DNA of 64,000 nt from NCBI GenBank assembly GCA_010909165.1, contig MU008185.1, forward strand, positions 779,058 to 843,057, written 5' to 3'. Positions 1 through 13,200 of this stretch are shown here, in pieces. Position numbers and translations under genes: made by a program. The stretch is from Anthoceros angustus (lineage: Eukaryota; Plantae; Anthocerotophyta). How positions within the stretch are numbered: position 1 is the first letter of the stretch; each line of letters starts with the position of its first letter. The notes below the pieces were generated by a model. The model did not search any database, was not told the DNA's origin, and saw nothing but the letters and a program-made list of their open reading frames with translations.

Positions 1-55
1 CAGAAATTATATCCCCCTGCGAATACTGAAGAGGATGCGGAGCAGCCGAAGGAGA

Positions 56-900
56 CTAAACCTTGCATTTTATGATCTTGACCTTCAAGCCAAGCCGGGA
101 GAGCTCCCAGGAGAAGATTTCAAAGGCCTCCTTCACCTTGTCCCCAGGCTCTAGGACATAGGAATCATCAGCCATTGATGGGTACATACATTTCCATACC
201 GTGGAGGCCGTTAGGGACAACGCTTTGAAATGCGCCATAGCAAAGAGCGCCCCCCTCAAAGGGTCACTATGCCTTGTGCCCGTTGTCGAGTCTAGCGTAG
301 AAACCCACTCCACTTTAGGGCCATGTTCATAATAGAGATTGGAGGGGGACCCATTGAAAGAGCGAACAAAGGGGATAAGACCGACCAACTGCCCACCAAC
401 ATTCTTGAGCTCGTCGAAGATAGCTGCCTTGGAGACAGTATTGAAAGTATTCTCAACGTCAATCTGAAGCGCAACCCAATCCGAATGGATCTCCAGAACG
501 GCCTCCACCCCAAAGACTACAAATTCGCATCCCCCGGAGTAGCAATACCAAATTGGTGAGGACAGAGACGGGCCTAAAATTGCTCCGGGAGCTGGACGAC
601 ACTATTATGGCTAATAAGCCGCAGGATTGCCTTCGTACTGCGATGGGGCGTACCCCTGAGGTGGGCTTCTCTATCGCTAGTAACCTGCTCACATCCAACA
701 CTTAAGAGATCCGAGAGTCTCCCCCTCACTACAATGGCCACCAGAAGAAACAGCTCGGACAAACCGCTAGAAGGATCCTTAGGAGTAAAATGGTCACAAA
801 GATGGCCATAGACCATTCCAGACAAACCACCTGAAGAGGGGCGCGGGGCAGTGGTTAAGGCTCCGCCGAAGACGGCCTTGTCAAGAGAGAAGAGCACCTC
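56..900 (-). mobile_element. Degenerate non-LTR retrotransposon reverse transcriptase, CRE/Cnl1-like
   Basis: Frameshifted minus-strand ORFs give RT motifs in order: APRPSSGGLSGMVYGHL (domain 0), SRLLAIEKPTSGVRPIAV, LQIDVENTFNTVSK, TGTRHSDPLRGALFA (GxRQGDPL-like), MADDSY (YADD-like), LGLKVKIIKC. It runs off the left edge. Confidence 0.75.
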
Positions 901-1880
901 CGGGACGAAGTCCCGATATCTGCAAGTGGAGCCGAGCAGGCGGCGATGGTCTCCTTAGAAGTCGCCTCGGGCTCCTGTAATACTCCGGAGAGAGCCCAAG
1001 AGGTGTACCCGGGGCCAGTGGGACAGTAGTGGAAGTAGACGAAGACGTAAGTCTTAGTTGAGCCTCTCAAGTCGTCCCATCAAAATCCTTATGGACTAGA
1101 ACAATGGGGTTCCTGACCCCGCGAGGCTTGAATAATTTCTTGCACACGGGATATAGAGTGTCCTTCACAGTGGCGGAAGAAGGGGCCCCATGCACTGAAA
1201 AAAGAAAAACCTGAAATTTAGAGTAAACCCTAAAATTTAGAGTACGCCAGCAGATCTTATATAACTGCTACAAAATTTGAGATGAGTTAAGTCTGGCCGC
1301 GAATAAAATCTATAACTCTTGGTACCAGACCTTAGGTGTAAGAGTCCTATGACTAATCCCATGGAAACCTTCATACTCTAACCTAATTTTTAAGTGATTT
1401 CGTGCCAAATAACGCTACACATCCAGGCTGAGGTCCTGAGATTGATCCAACGGGTATATGGGGGAACCTTCAACTTCGGTCCATACTGTTTTTTTGATGT
1501 GAACCTAATTTGTGCTAGGTAGCGTGACACATCTTGACGAGTTTTTACGAAATATTCTTAGTGCAACCAGAACACTATTCAGAGGACGGGTTATGATCGA
1601 CGGAAAAAAGGGTACTTTTTTGTTATGGCGTGCAAAGGGCCTTAGAGGGGTTTGGTAAATTGTCTTCCTTCCCGCGTCCCCCTGGTCACGTCCGGGACTC
1701 CACGGAGGTCGGAGAGGCGCCCTGGTCGGGATGCGAGCAAGCAGATGGCAATGCGAAATTTCAGCGAGATTCCGCTGAAGTGTAGCAGCTTCTGGCAGCT
1801 CCGATGATGGAAGATGATTTGAGTCGCAAGCAGTGAGCATCCAAGATCGGCGTTTGACACGGAGCCCTGGATCTGCCACC

Positions 1881-4800
1881 ATGATGCGCTTACGGGGTTT
1901 GAAGCCCACCAATGAAAAGGTGGTGAAACTCCAGATGCACCCCACGCTCCCCTGGGTTGCGTATGCTGACACCAATGACAATGTAGTGGTCTGGGATTGG
2001 GAGCATCGACAGGTATGCTCTTTGGTCTGAGCGCAAATCCGGGCGGAGAGGTCTTCTGAGCTTAAAGCAGCACACAATTTGTGATTCCTTTGCGATCAGT
2101 GGTATGTTAGGAAGGGATGTGAGGTTTTGTACTGTCCTTCAGATTATATATGAAATTAAAGCGGGTGGCGTTGATGAGCGACGACTTGTGGGTGCTCAGC
2201 TGCAGAAGATAGCAGAAGGGGAACCAGGTGCACTCTTGGACAATATTGGAGCTGCTGCACTTGAAAATTGCGTCACCCTGTTTCTCAGGCAGTTTGTCTA
2301 GCATCTGACTTTCTCTTCTGCTAATTGGTCTAACACTGATTTGTGCCATGCTAATGAAAGCAGAGATCCAGGTCAAAGCAGCTGAAGCAATCAAGGGAGG
2401 AAGGTGAACCTTGAACGCTTTCTCCTCCTGTTTTCACCCAAACTCTGCTTTAGGTAGTTTGTTTTCAGGATTATGCACTCAAGGTACTGACAAGTTTGCT
2501 TTTCTGTGCTGCAGTGTGAAGCAGATCAAGTTCTATGATGATGACGTACGCTTTTGGCAAGCGTGGCTCAACCGTACTGCAGCCATGGAGTCACCTGTTG
2601 CAGCCAGTAATCAGTTCCCACCCATTGGACCAGGTCCAATGACCATAAGGGGCCGGCATTTTCTTGTAATATGCTGTATAAACAAGGTTATTTTTCAAGA
2701 TTTGGTGAGCATGCGGGCAAGAGATGTGCCAAAGTCTTTGCTGGAAAACAAGTCACCACTGTGGTATGTTTCTTGACATGTTGTTGTATCCACTGTGATG
2801 TGCTATTTGCACCTGTTGTTAGTGTGCGTAGGTCCCCTGAAACTGCCTGAATTCCGTCTGGTAGCTGAAAAGTGAAATGTGCAGTGTGGAGTTTCTTCCT
2901 CGTTCCATACAAGGGGATGGTCCTCTTGCTGCATTTGGCGGATCAGATGGGGTAATCAGGGTGTTATCAATGTCAAATTGGCAGGTACTCTTAATAGTCC
3001 TTGTTTCTGCAGCTTTTTCAGGTTCCATTTTGGACTATGCACAGTAGCAACAAAAGACTACTGTACTGTCTGCAGCTTGTTCGAAGATACTCTGGAGGTC
3101 ACAAAGGGGCAGTTTCGTGCTTGACTACATTTACATCCCCATCTGGTGAAGTGAGCGTACAAATCCTTGGGTGCTTCCAGTGTCAAAAGAAATGTTGACC
3201 ACCTGTTTGAAAGGCGTTGGCTCTATTGGTGTAGCACGTCTTCTTACCAGTTGAGCATTGCTGGCTTGTCCATATCCACAGACTTTACTTATCTCGGGTG
3301 CAAGTGATGGGCTCCTCGTCTTTTGGCCTGCAGACAACGTGCAAGCAACACGTGAAGTTATGCCTAAGCATTCTCTAAAGGTTGATGTCTTGATCCGTTC
3401 TGAGTTGTCTGTGGCACTTTGCTTTCAGCATTGTATGCTTCCAGTTGGTTGCTCATCCTGTCTCAGTAACCAATTGCTACTGAAGTATGTGACACGCCTT
3501 GTTGCAGGCACATGATGGTGGAGTCACTGGTATCGATATTATCAGGGTGCAGGGATCTTCGCCCTTGCTGGTGACAATAGGTGCAGATAAGGCTCTCGCC
3601 GTGTGGCAGACAACCAGTTTTAAGGTATACATCAGCATTCTGCTCTTTTCTTTTTGTGAGAAGTGCTCTGAGTGGTCGGGCGGCCCCTTTGTGGAAGGTT
3701 TCATGATGCTCTCCAACTAATAGCACATTGACAGGAACTCAAACGAATGAAACCTGTTTCAAAGGTTCCTTGTCACAGTGTGGCCTCCTGGTCTCATCCT
3801 CGGGTTCCTGGCATCAATATTTTGACCTGTGTCAAGGACTCACATATCTGGTACGCCCTAACAGATGGTATGCTCTCAACTGTGAAGTCACTGCCACTTG
3901 AACTGTGAGGTTGACAATTGTACTGTCCTTTTCCACAGGGCGATTGAGTCAGTTGAATCCTTTGGTGCCACGACCAGGGCTCTCTGTGAGTTGTCATCTC
4001 AGCTGCCGGCTAGTCTGCAGTCACCCAACAAGAAATTAAAGGTGTGCTTGTTTGTGCTTGTTTGTGTTATTTAACTCTCTGTTCTGTGTGTGTTGTTTGC
4101 AATTATGTGATATGTTGAATCTGACAAGCTTGCCTACTATGGTAAGGCGATTGAGGACCTTTGCAGGGGCCTGGAGCCTATATTAATGCAAGAATGTTCT
4201 GTGAATCAGGGATATTGCATGGCAGTACATCCATTACAGCCTCAGTATGTAGCTGTGGGGACCAGTTCTGGCATCTTTCTGAGCGAATTCGATGCATCAG
4301 CAGTCCCTGCAGCAGCTGCTCTTCCAACACCTGCAGGAAGCAAAGAGCATCAAGTGATCTGTGCAGTAAACCGGGAGCTTCGGTTGTTGTCATTTCAGTT
4401 GTCACAAAGTTCGATTGGGACTGCTACCTCTGCAATAGAAGCAGGGCGTGCAAGAACTGATTCTGCAGTTGAAGCATCACAGTTTCAAGTGAAACAGAAC
4501 CGGAAAACGGTGGGATCCATTCCTCACGATTTGTATGCATGGACAGCAACAAGTAAAAGTGGGAAGTACGTATGCGTGGACCGATAGGTGGATCTGTTTG
4601 TACCTTGATAATTCTGACATGCTATTCAGGGTCCGTGGAACTAGTCTCCCAGCTTTTGGTCCTTTCCTCACCAATGACTTAGTTTTGTGTTGACACCTTC
4701 AGGTACGTTTCTGTGGTGTGGCCTGATGTTCCCGCCTATTGTGTTTATGGAACAAAAGACTGGAATATCGTGGATTCAGGACAGGGGAAGTACTTTGCAT

Positions 4801-7800
4801 GGGATTCCTGCAAGGAACGGTATGCTCTCATAGAGATGGTTCCAGGACCAAAGCTGCCTCCTGTATTAAAAGGTTCCTCAAAGAAAGCAAGAGAAGCAGC
4901 TGCACAGGCTGCAGCGATTGCCGCAGCAGCTGCTGCCAGTGCCGCTGCATCAGCATCTGTTGAAGTGCGGATTTTGCTAGATGATGGAAGCTCTAATTTA
5001 CTGGCAAAATCCATTGAGGGAAGAAGTGAACCGGTACTGTTGTTGAAGCTTTGTCCCTGGTCGTGAAGAGCGGTTTATTATATTTCTGTGCACTTATGAA
5101 CTGTCGTTTTCCAGGTGATTGGGTTACAAGGCGGTGCTTTACTTGGAGTTGCATACAAGATGCCGAGGCGGTCGAACCTGCATAGTGCCGCTGTAGCAGC
5201 AGCAGCATCTGCTGCTGCTCAGAATACCAGCTTGGATGATGGCTTTGGTGGAGTTAGGTTGTCGCCAAGTGAAGATCCTCCCAACTTTCAGCTGTACAGG
5301 TAATCTTCTGTCAAAGGGGCTGCGGCCCTTGATGCGAACCAATGAATTGATTACTTAGATGCCTTCTAATCATACGTCTGGTGGCATCTCCACAGCTGGG
5401 AGACATATCAACCAGTTGGTGGGCTGCTGCCTCAGCCTCTGTGGTCAGCATGGGATCAAACAGTGGAATATTGTGCATTAGCTTATGAGCAGTACATTGT
5501 AATATGTGCTCTGCGGCCTGCATTCAGATACCTTGGAAATGTTGCCATACAATCTGCCACAGGTGGTGTCTGGCATCGTCGTCAACTTTTTGTTGCAACT
5601 CCTACAACAATTGAGTGAGTCTTCAGGTCCTGGGTGGGTCATTCAGTTGTTTGGTGGTCTAACAGTATCTGTTGAACGTGGTCTGATCTCGCAGGATTGT
5701 AGATGTGTGTTTGTGGACGCAGGTGTGAGTGTAGCAGATATTGAATTTAAGAAGAAAAAGGAAGAATTAAAGGCTCTGGAGGCTCAGGCTAAGGCTGTAG
5801 CGCAGCATGGTGAACTAGCACTAATCACAGTGGAGGCCCCTCAGGCTGCTGCTCCTGTGGAGACAACTGCTCTTCGACCTCCAATGCTTCAGGTTTGAAG
5901 TCATGTTTCTGGACAAATAGGCTTGTTACAGAGTATCACAGTGTTGGACAGTCTTGGGAGAGTAGGAAGTGGATTTCACGCCTATTATATCAACCCACAG
6001 TCGGCGTGTATGTATGTAAGCAACCAATTCAATTTCTGGAAGACTAATATGCTTCCCGTTTATGTTTCAGGTCGTCAGGTTGGCATCGTTTCAGAGTGCT
6101 CCATCCGTACCCCCGTTTTTGAGCATGCCAAAGCAGCAGCCCAAACCAGATGCTGATAGTGGACCTGTGATCAAAGAGTTCGAGGAGAGGAAAGTATCTG
6201 AAGTGGCAGTGGCGGGAGGGGGTATTTCTGTTGCCAATTCTCGATTGCCGCCTGAACAGAAGCGTCCTGTTGGACCTCTGGTGGTCGTTGGGGTGCGGGA
6301 CGGGGTGCTGTGGTTGGTGGACAGGTCTGTTCTCTGCTCCTTAGCACCCCAATGTTGTTTCTTGCCACGTGCCGGCATTGTATTTGGGCTCCCTCAAGTT
6401 GTTCAGCTGCTGTGCATGGGAGACGTATGGTCAAATTGTAGTGATGGTTCCCGGCGTCCACCTACCTCTGTGTTGAATGGACATCTCTCTCATTGCAGGC
6501 ACATGACAGCTCACGCCATCGGTCTCACTCATCCTGGGATAAGGTGCCGATGTCTTGCTGCCTATGGTGATTCCGTCAGTGCGGTGAAATGGTGAGAAAC
6601 CTGCCGTCTGTATCAGCAGGCTTCTTCTTCTCAGGCAGACATGGCTGGAATTAACAAAGTGTGTGCTAAATACCAGGGCATCCAGACTAGGTAGAGAGCA
6701 CCATGATGATCTAGCACAGTTTATGCTTGGTATGGGATACGCCCAAGAAGCCTTGCATCTTCCAGGGTTGTCGAAAAGGTGAGCGATACGTTGTACAGGG
6801 TTCCATGGATGGGGTGAGCTTAATGATGGTTGCCGCTGGTCAGAGCTGATGTTTGTATGTGCCTGTGCCTTGACAGACTGGAGTATGATCTAGCAATACA
6901 AAGCGGGGATCTAAAGAGAGCACTCCAGTGCCTGATTATGCTGAGCCACAGCAAAAATTTGAGACTTGAACAGGAAGTTGATTCTGGACTTCAAGCTTTA
7001 GCCAAGAAATTGGACGTGAAGGTGGAGATTGCCAGTTTTGCGGCCATCAAAGGGCCCAAGCCTGTTCTGGCAGACAAGGACATGGATGCTCTGTCCGGAA
7101 TTGCCAAATTTGCTGAAGAGTATCTTCGATTGATCGACGCGGCTGATGCAACTGGGCAGAGTGACATCAACAGCCAAGCCCTGAAACGACTGGCTGCTGC
7201 TGGGGTGATGACAGATGCCTTTCGTGCACATGAGATCCGGGGGTTAGCCTTGCGCCTGGCGACACATGGGGAGCTCTCACGACTTGGGGTGCGTTTTTTC
7301 CCTTGAATGATATCACCTGTCTTGTTTTCGTTGAGAGTGAGCTGCAGGTGCGCGGTTCCTCACTTTTTGCAAGCGTGACAGGTGCTAGCGAACACATTGA
7401 TCGCTGCGGAACAAGGCCGGGAGGCAGCTCTGGCAGCTGCTTTCTTGGGGGACCCGAATCTTGTGGAGAAGGCATTTTTGGAGACCGGAATGTATGCTGA
7501 GGCTGCTCTTCATGCCCATGTAAGTCCAATTTTCTGCAGTTCGCAACACACTGTCGTGAGAACGAGGACCATGTTGAGGAGATCTCTCTACGTATGCACC
7601 CTTGCGCAGGCCCATGGAAGAGCTACTCTCAAGACGGTGCTCGAGGTGTGGAGTCGGTCTCTGGACAGGGAGCAGCAGAAAGGTGCACCCGAGCCAGAAG
7701 TGCTGGCTCCTCTGACTCCTTCCCGGAAGACACCCCTTTCCTTCGGCCCCGTCCAGCCTCCCAGGAAGCCCCTTGTGGAAATCGTCCCACCGGGAAATGT

Positions 7801-8215
7801 GAAACCGGCGGCCTCTTTAGCCTCCCTCACCGGCCCCACACTTCAGCAGAAATCGGCCATCAACCCGGCAGCAGTCAACTCCCAGCCAGGACAACTGCTG
7901 GCGATCGAAGGCCCTCCCCTGCTACCCGGTTACGCCAGCGCACTTCCTACAGCAGCTCCAGGCTTGGGCCCCCCAGCTTCTGTTCCCATTGCGTCGATCC
8001 CAACCCCTCCCGGAACCCTAGCCCCCTTGGTGGAAGCCAGTCCTCCCTTTTCTGCCCAAGCTGTGCCTGGGGCCGGGGCACCGTTCTTGCCCATTGCCCC
8101 GCCAGACCCCTTCGCTGCATTCCAACCCGCAGCCCTATTCGCTGCCTTCTCAGACGCCCCTTTCACGGCCTCCTCCGAGCCTCCCGGCCCTCCGATGAAG
8201 CCTGCCGTCGTCTAA
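1881..8215 (+). CDS. TWD40-2: TPLATE/TSET complex WD40 subunit TWD40-2 (multi-exon)
   Basis: Starts gccaccATG. Spliced exons give MMRLRGLKPTNEKVVKLQMHPTLPW..WDWEHRQ|IIYEIKAGGVDERRLVGAQLQKIAEGE|..VKQIKFYDDDVRFWQ..GRHFLVICC..RRYSGGHKGAV..AVKW|ASRLGREHHDDLAQFMLGMGYAQEALHLPGLSKR|LEYDLA.. and a Pro-rich tail. This matches the plant TWD40-2 sequence as I recall it. Introns are short GT-AG. Confidence 0.93.
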
Positions 8216-9519
8216 TTCCTCACCGCAGGTTTTCTACGGCGAGTCCACTGCTTTGTTTCTTTGTTTTGTTCCCGGAGTCGCACCCTTGTCGGGATGCTGT
8301 CCACGAGGGCTATGTATGTACAGATTGCACGATTCTTTTCACCTGGACTCGCAATCCTTCATCTTTCCCTACTTGAGCAAGCAAGCCGGGCCCAAGCGGG
8401 TACTGGTCTCGGGATGTTCCCGGATTTGGTACGCTGGCGTGGAGTGCAGCAAGAGGAGGCGGTCTTGTGAAAAACGTAAACGCTAACGCATACAATATCC
8501 AGCTCATTAGGTCTAGCTTAGCTCAGCAGGGACGGTGGCTTGTACTTGCCTGCCGTAGCGGAACAGAGCAGAGCGGATCAGACCTGCGAGCAGACCTGCG
8601 CGCCTCCTGGAGTCCTGTGTGCGTCTGGCCAGTACTTCGCTGGGCGTACGTAGTCGCCCAGGCCCGGGCCCCTCCCTTGTCGTTTGCTTGTCCGCTGTCA
8701 GCCAGCCCTGGTGAGCTCATCACACACGCTGCAGCAAGTACCTGGCGCAGCTGCTCCGGGGCCCGGGCCCCGGCCCGGCCTGTCCCGGGCCGCTGCTCCC
8801 TGCGCTTGTCAAGATTATCCTATCTCCTCTGTCCTCGTCGCACGAAGCACTCGGGGCCGCAATTCCTCACACACACCGTGAGCGACCTTCGGATTTGGTG
8901 ACTGCAGAAAGGCGCCACACACGTATGACGGAGGCTGTGAAGCGTGAAGCCGCTGCGGGCTGCGGGGCTGCGAGGCGCGCGCAGCGGGAAAAAAGGATGA
9001 ATATCGCCTCCCCGATTAGCGGTTGCGGTGGCCTGGCCCAACCACCAGAATTCGGTGTGAAACACAACAGGACAAATCGGAAGATAACGGACGATGCCGC
9101 CCTTTGCGAACTTGCTCTACCACCCTAGCTATTAATATCGGATATCGGTCTCGGAGAGGCCTGCCTACCGGTATCGGCATCAAGCATTTAAATATAAGGC
9201 CCCTCAAAATATATGGGGTCCTGTAGATAATAAGTCATGCAACAAGATCGATATGCTATGCACAGGTTTTTGAAACGAAGGCCTGCCCTTCCCTGCTCTA
9301 TTGAGCGAGCGAGATGAGGAGCAGCAGGAAGAGGCCCAGAGGTGATAACCAGAGAGACCGTGGGCCTGGGCCCTGTGAGTGAGGGCTTTACAAAATTGTC
9401 CTGTCTCATCTCACGCCAAGATAGCGGCTAATCTACATCTACAGCAAGGAAGAGAGGTAAAGCAAACGGAAGCAAAAATGTTTTGCGGATGAAGGAAAAG
9501 GAAGGAAGGCCGAACAAAC

Positions 9520-11554
9520 TCAAGCGTCCTCCTCCTCGATTTCGGAGCTGATTGCGAACAACTGCATGGCACAGCCTCGGACACCGTTCGCTAGTTGCTC
9601 CTCGTCGTCGGGGCCTTCGTGTTGGTTGTAGAGCAGGAGGCCTGTTTCTTCATCCGGATGGGTGAGGTCGGGGAGCTCGAAGGATGGAGGAGGTGGTGCC
9701 GCCGCCGCCACCGCCACCGCCGCCGCCGAGGTGAGAAGCTTGGCCCTGGCCGCCTCGAAGGCCCAGTCGGTGCGGAGCACGACGTAGAGGATGGAGGAGG
9801 CGCAGGCGACCTGCGCAGCGAGGAGGCCGTACCAGAGGCCGCCGAACCCTACCTTGAACCAGAAGGCGAGAGCCACAGCCACCGGGGTGCCCAGGAAGTA
9901 GAAGGAGCCCAGGTTGATGCGGGCGCCGATGGCGGGGCGGGCGCTGCCCCGGAGCACGCCGCAGCCGGTGGTCTGGGGGCAGTTGCCCAGCTCGCAGAGG
10001 CCCATTATTGGCATGACGGCGGCCGCCAGGGCCAGCACGCTCTGGTCGGTGGTGAAGACATGCGCCCAGCGGTTGCGCAGCAGGGTGGTCCAGGCGACGC
10101 TGACGAGGGCGATGGCGAGGGCGCAGGCCAGGGCCACGAGGGAGGCGGTGCGGGCGCGGGCGGGGCGGGCGGCGCCCAGCTCGTTCCCCACCCGGGTGGA
10201 GACGGAGGAGCTCAGGGCCAGGGGGAAGGTGTACATGAGGGAGGTGGTCTGGATGAGGATGGCGGTGGTGGCTACGGCCACCTGAGGCTCGGGGAGGTAG
10301 CCGGCAAGGAGGGTCATGATCTCGTACCACCACCACTCGAGGCAGATGGCGAAGCAGGAGGGCAGGGCCAGGGAGAGCAGCGGCCACCATTCCCTGAGCG
10401 CGGCGCGCGACCAGCCGTGCCAGGTGCGGCGGCACGCGCGCGAGCAGCGTACATAGGCCACCAGGAAGAACACCATGTTGAAGTTGGTGCACACGGCGGC
10501 CATGGCCACCCCCGGGACGCCCAGCTTCAGCACGAACACCAGCACCACGTTGAGCGGAACGTGGATGAGCACCGCCAGCGCGCTGCACCACATCATGGGC
10601 GTGGTGATGCCCTGCGACCGCAGGTACACCCGCAGCGGCTGCAGCAGGCTGTTGGCCAGCAGGTCCGGGAGCGAGTAGAGGCAGTAGGTGCCCGCCACGG
10701 CCGTGATGCTGGCGTCCTGCCCCAGCGCCAGCAGGATTCGCTCCAGGTTGAGCCAGAGCAGCCCGATGGGCAGGCACGCCGAGAGGAGGATGAGGATGGT
10801 GCGCTGCAGCGTCACGCCCATGAGCGCCCAGTTCTTGGACCCGAACGCCTGCCCGCACACCGGGTCCATCCCCGACGCCAGCCCGAACAGCACCGAGTAG
10901 CCCGTGATGTTGGTGAAGCCGATGGACAGCGCCCCTCCCGCCAGCTCCAGCCCGCCCAGCCGCCCCAGGCACAGCACCGAGATCATTGCCCGGAGGTACA
11001 CCACGCAATTCACCGCAGCAACGGGGACGACGATGTTCCCCAGTAGCTTCACCTCCTCCACAATCTGCCCCACCCACCATCGCCACCACACTCCTCTCAG
11101 TGGCAGTGCACTCACTGCACAAACTCTACGCTACGCACAGCGCTTTCCTTTCCTCCGCAAAAGCCCGCAGAAACCAACAACCACACAAATCCTTCGCTTC
11201 CCTCTCCCTTCCCAATCCAGCTACTCTCACAGCACCCACCACCCTGCAATGCTTGCGCAAGCGAGCAAGGAAGGAAACCCACAAATTGCTGCTCCCGCAT
11301 TGCGCAATTCACACTCCCGGTGCACCCGCAGCAGGCAATACGCACTCAGAGCCGAGCCAAGCCAAGCAACAAGAGGCGCTTCCCCCCAAATTCGAAGCGC
11401 CCACAACGCCACCACAAGCAAGCGCCCAACAAATCCCACCCCGCCCTGCGCCCAAATTTCAGTCCATTACCTGCCGGGTCGACGGAAATCGCTTCAGCGC
11501 CTCCAGCTCGTCGAGGTCCTCCATCGCTCTCCCCTCCTCCCCCAGACTACCCAT
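9520..11554 (-). CDS. DTX: MATE/DETOXIFICATION efflux transporter (DTX48-56-like clade), 2 exons, ~542 aa
   Basis: The ORF-track start at 11115 is a GTG with an in-frame stop upstream. The likely start is ATG 11554: exon 1 (11554-11471) [28 protein letters not shown]|gtaatg, a 406-nt intron, then exon 2 (11064-9520) [75 protein letters not shown]. Confidence 0.93.
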
Positions 11555-11899
11555 TGGCGGACTGCAATGCCACAACAGCAAAAATCAAGAGAAAGCGCAG
11601 CCTCCACACAGCCCTGTGCTACCGGAGGGTTCCCTTTTTAAGGAGACGGCAATAATTTTAATCACGACGGCATCACCCGCCTCTATTACCCCTTCTATCT
11701 TCCCACAAAAGGACTCTTGTGAAGGAAACTAGTTAAAAATCTATTTTTTAGTTACAACCATCCAATAGATTGTGAGATGACTCGGATCCAGCAGGTAAAA
11801 GAACGATGCTGACTGGATGGATTCAGTATAAAAGGATAATTAGAGACGTTAGTCAGACGCTTCTACCCATATGGGTACTTTTATACGCCCTGAAGCCCA

Positions 11900-13200
11900 C
11901 CTTGGAATTCGCGCCTCAGTGCGCTGTCAGGAAGCCCTAATGCGCTTCCAGTACACTGCAATACGACGAAAGGTTAGGTAGATGTTCCTTACCCTTCCCA
12001 TGCCCTAATGCAAATTCGCACCTCAGTGTGCCGTCAGGACACCCTAATGTGCTTTCAGTACACTGTAATACGACGAAAGGTTAGGTAGATGTTCCTTGCC
12101 CTTCCTGCGCCCTAATGCGCTTTGAGTACACTATAATACAACAAAAAGGTTAGGTAGATGCTTCTAGCCCTTCCCGCGCTCTAATGCGGTTTCAGTACAC
12201 TCCAATACGACAAAAGGTTAAGTGGATGCTCCTTGCCCTTCTCGCGCGCTCATGCACCCTAATGCAAATTCGCGCCTCAATGTGCCTTCAAGATGCCCTA
12301 ATGCGCTTTCCGTACACTATAATACGACTTTCAGTATATTGTAATACGATAAAAGGTTAGATAGATGCTCCTTGCCCTTTCCCACGCTCATGCGCTCTAA
12401 TGCAAATTCGCGCCTTATTGTGCTATCAGGGCGCCTAAATGCGCTTTCGATGCTTCTTGCCCTTCCCCCAGATTTCTTACACTAGAAAACAAGAAGACAA
12501 CCTATTGGCTAGGTCTCCCGAATCTCCGTCTCAATGCGAATCCAAGAAGAGGTTCAATACGCTCAGTATGCCTTCGAATCGCCCGACTAAACTTCAATAC
12601 GCATGCTCTCTATGCCTTGTGTGCCTCTAAGAAGAGGCCCAATACGCTCAGTATGCCTTCGAACCGCCCTACTAAGCTTCTAATATGCCCGCTCTCTATA
12701 CCTTGTGCGCCTCTAAGAAGACGCCCAATACACCTGCGAACCACCCTACTAAGCTTCTAATACGCCCGCTCTCTATACCTTGTGTCCCTTTGAGACACCC
12801 CAATACGGCCTTTGGGACACCCCAATACGTTTCAATACCTTGTGGCACGCCTTGAGACACCCCCATACTTTTCAATACGCTGCTCTCTGTACATTATATA
12901 TTTGATGTAAGTGCTAGATAGGTGATCATTCCAAACATATACTTTATCCAGCATGGACACTCTAATACTCTTTCAATACGCTGCTCTCCGTACACTATAT
13001 TCAATGTGAGTGTTAGATAGATGCTCATTCCAAACATATCCTTCATCCAAGACACCTTAATATGCTTTCAATAGGCTACTCCTTATACATATTGTAATAC
13101 AATGTGTTAGATAGATGCTTATTCCAAACATATCTTTTATGCGTATTTCTTACCATAGAGGTGTGATGCAAATGTTAGATAGATACTCATTCCAAATATA
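11900..13200. repeat. Composite degenerate minisatellite array
   Basis: A ~62-bp module (ccctaatgcgctttcagtacactgtaatacgacgaaaggttaggtagatg..) is interleaved with a ~40-bp module (ccctaatgcaaattcgcgcctcagtg..). Blocks of aatacgctcagtatgccttcgaa.. and gttagatagatgctcattccaaacatat units follow. Confidence 0.85.

Noticed and set aside
1310-1345. PBS-like tggtaccaga with an adjacent TG..
   Set aside because: No matching LTR or internal retroelement domains nearby.
9595-11122. 483-aa (+) and 490-aa (-) ORFs overlapping the MATE gene
   Set aside because: Shadow frames produced by extreme GC3; low-complexity G/A/R/P composition with no domain motifs.
11900-12480. CRISPR-like appearance of the repeat array
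   Set aside because: No unique spacers, the repeats are degenerate and contiguous, and there are no cas genes in this eukaryotic context.
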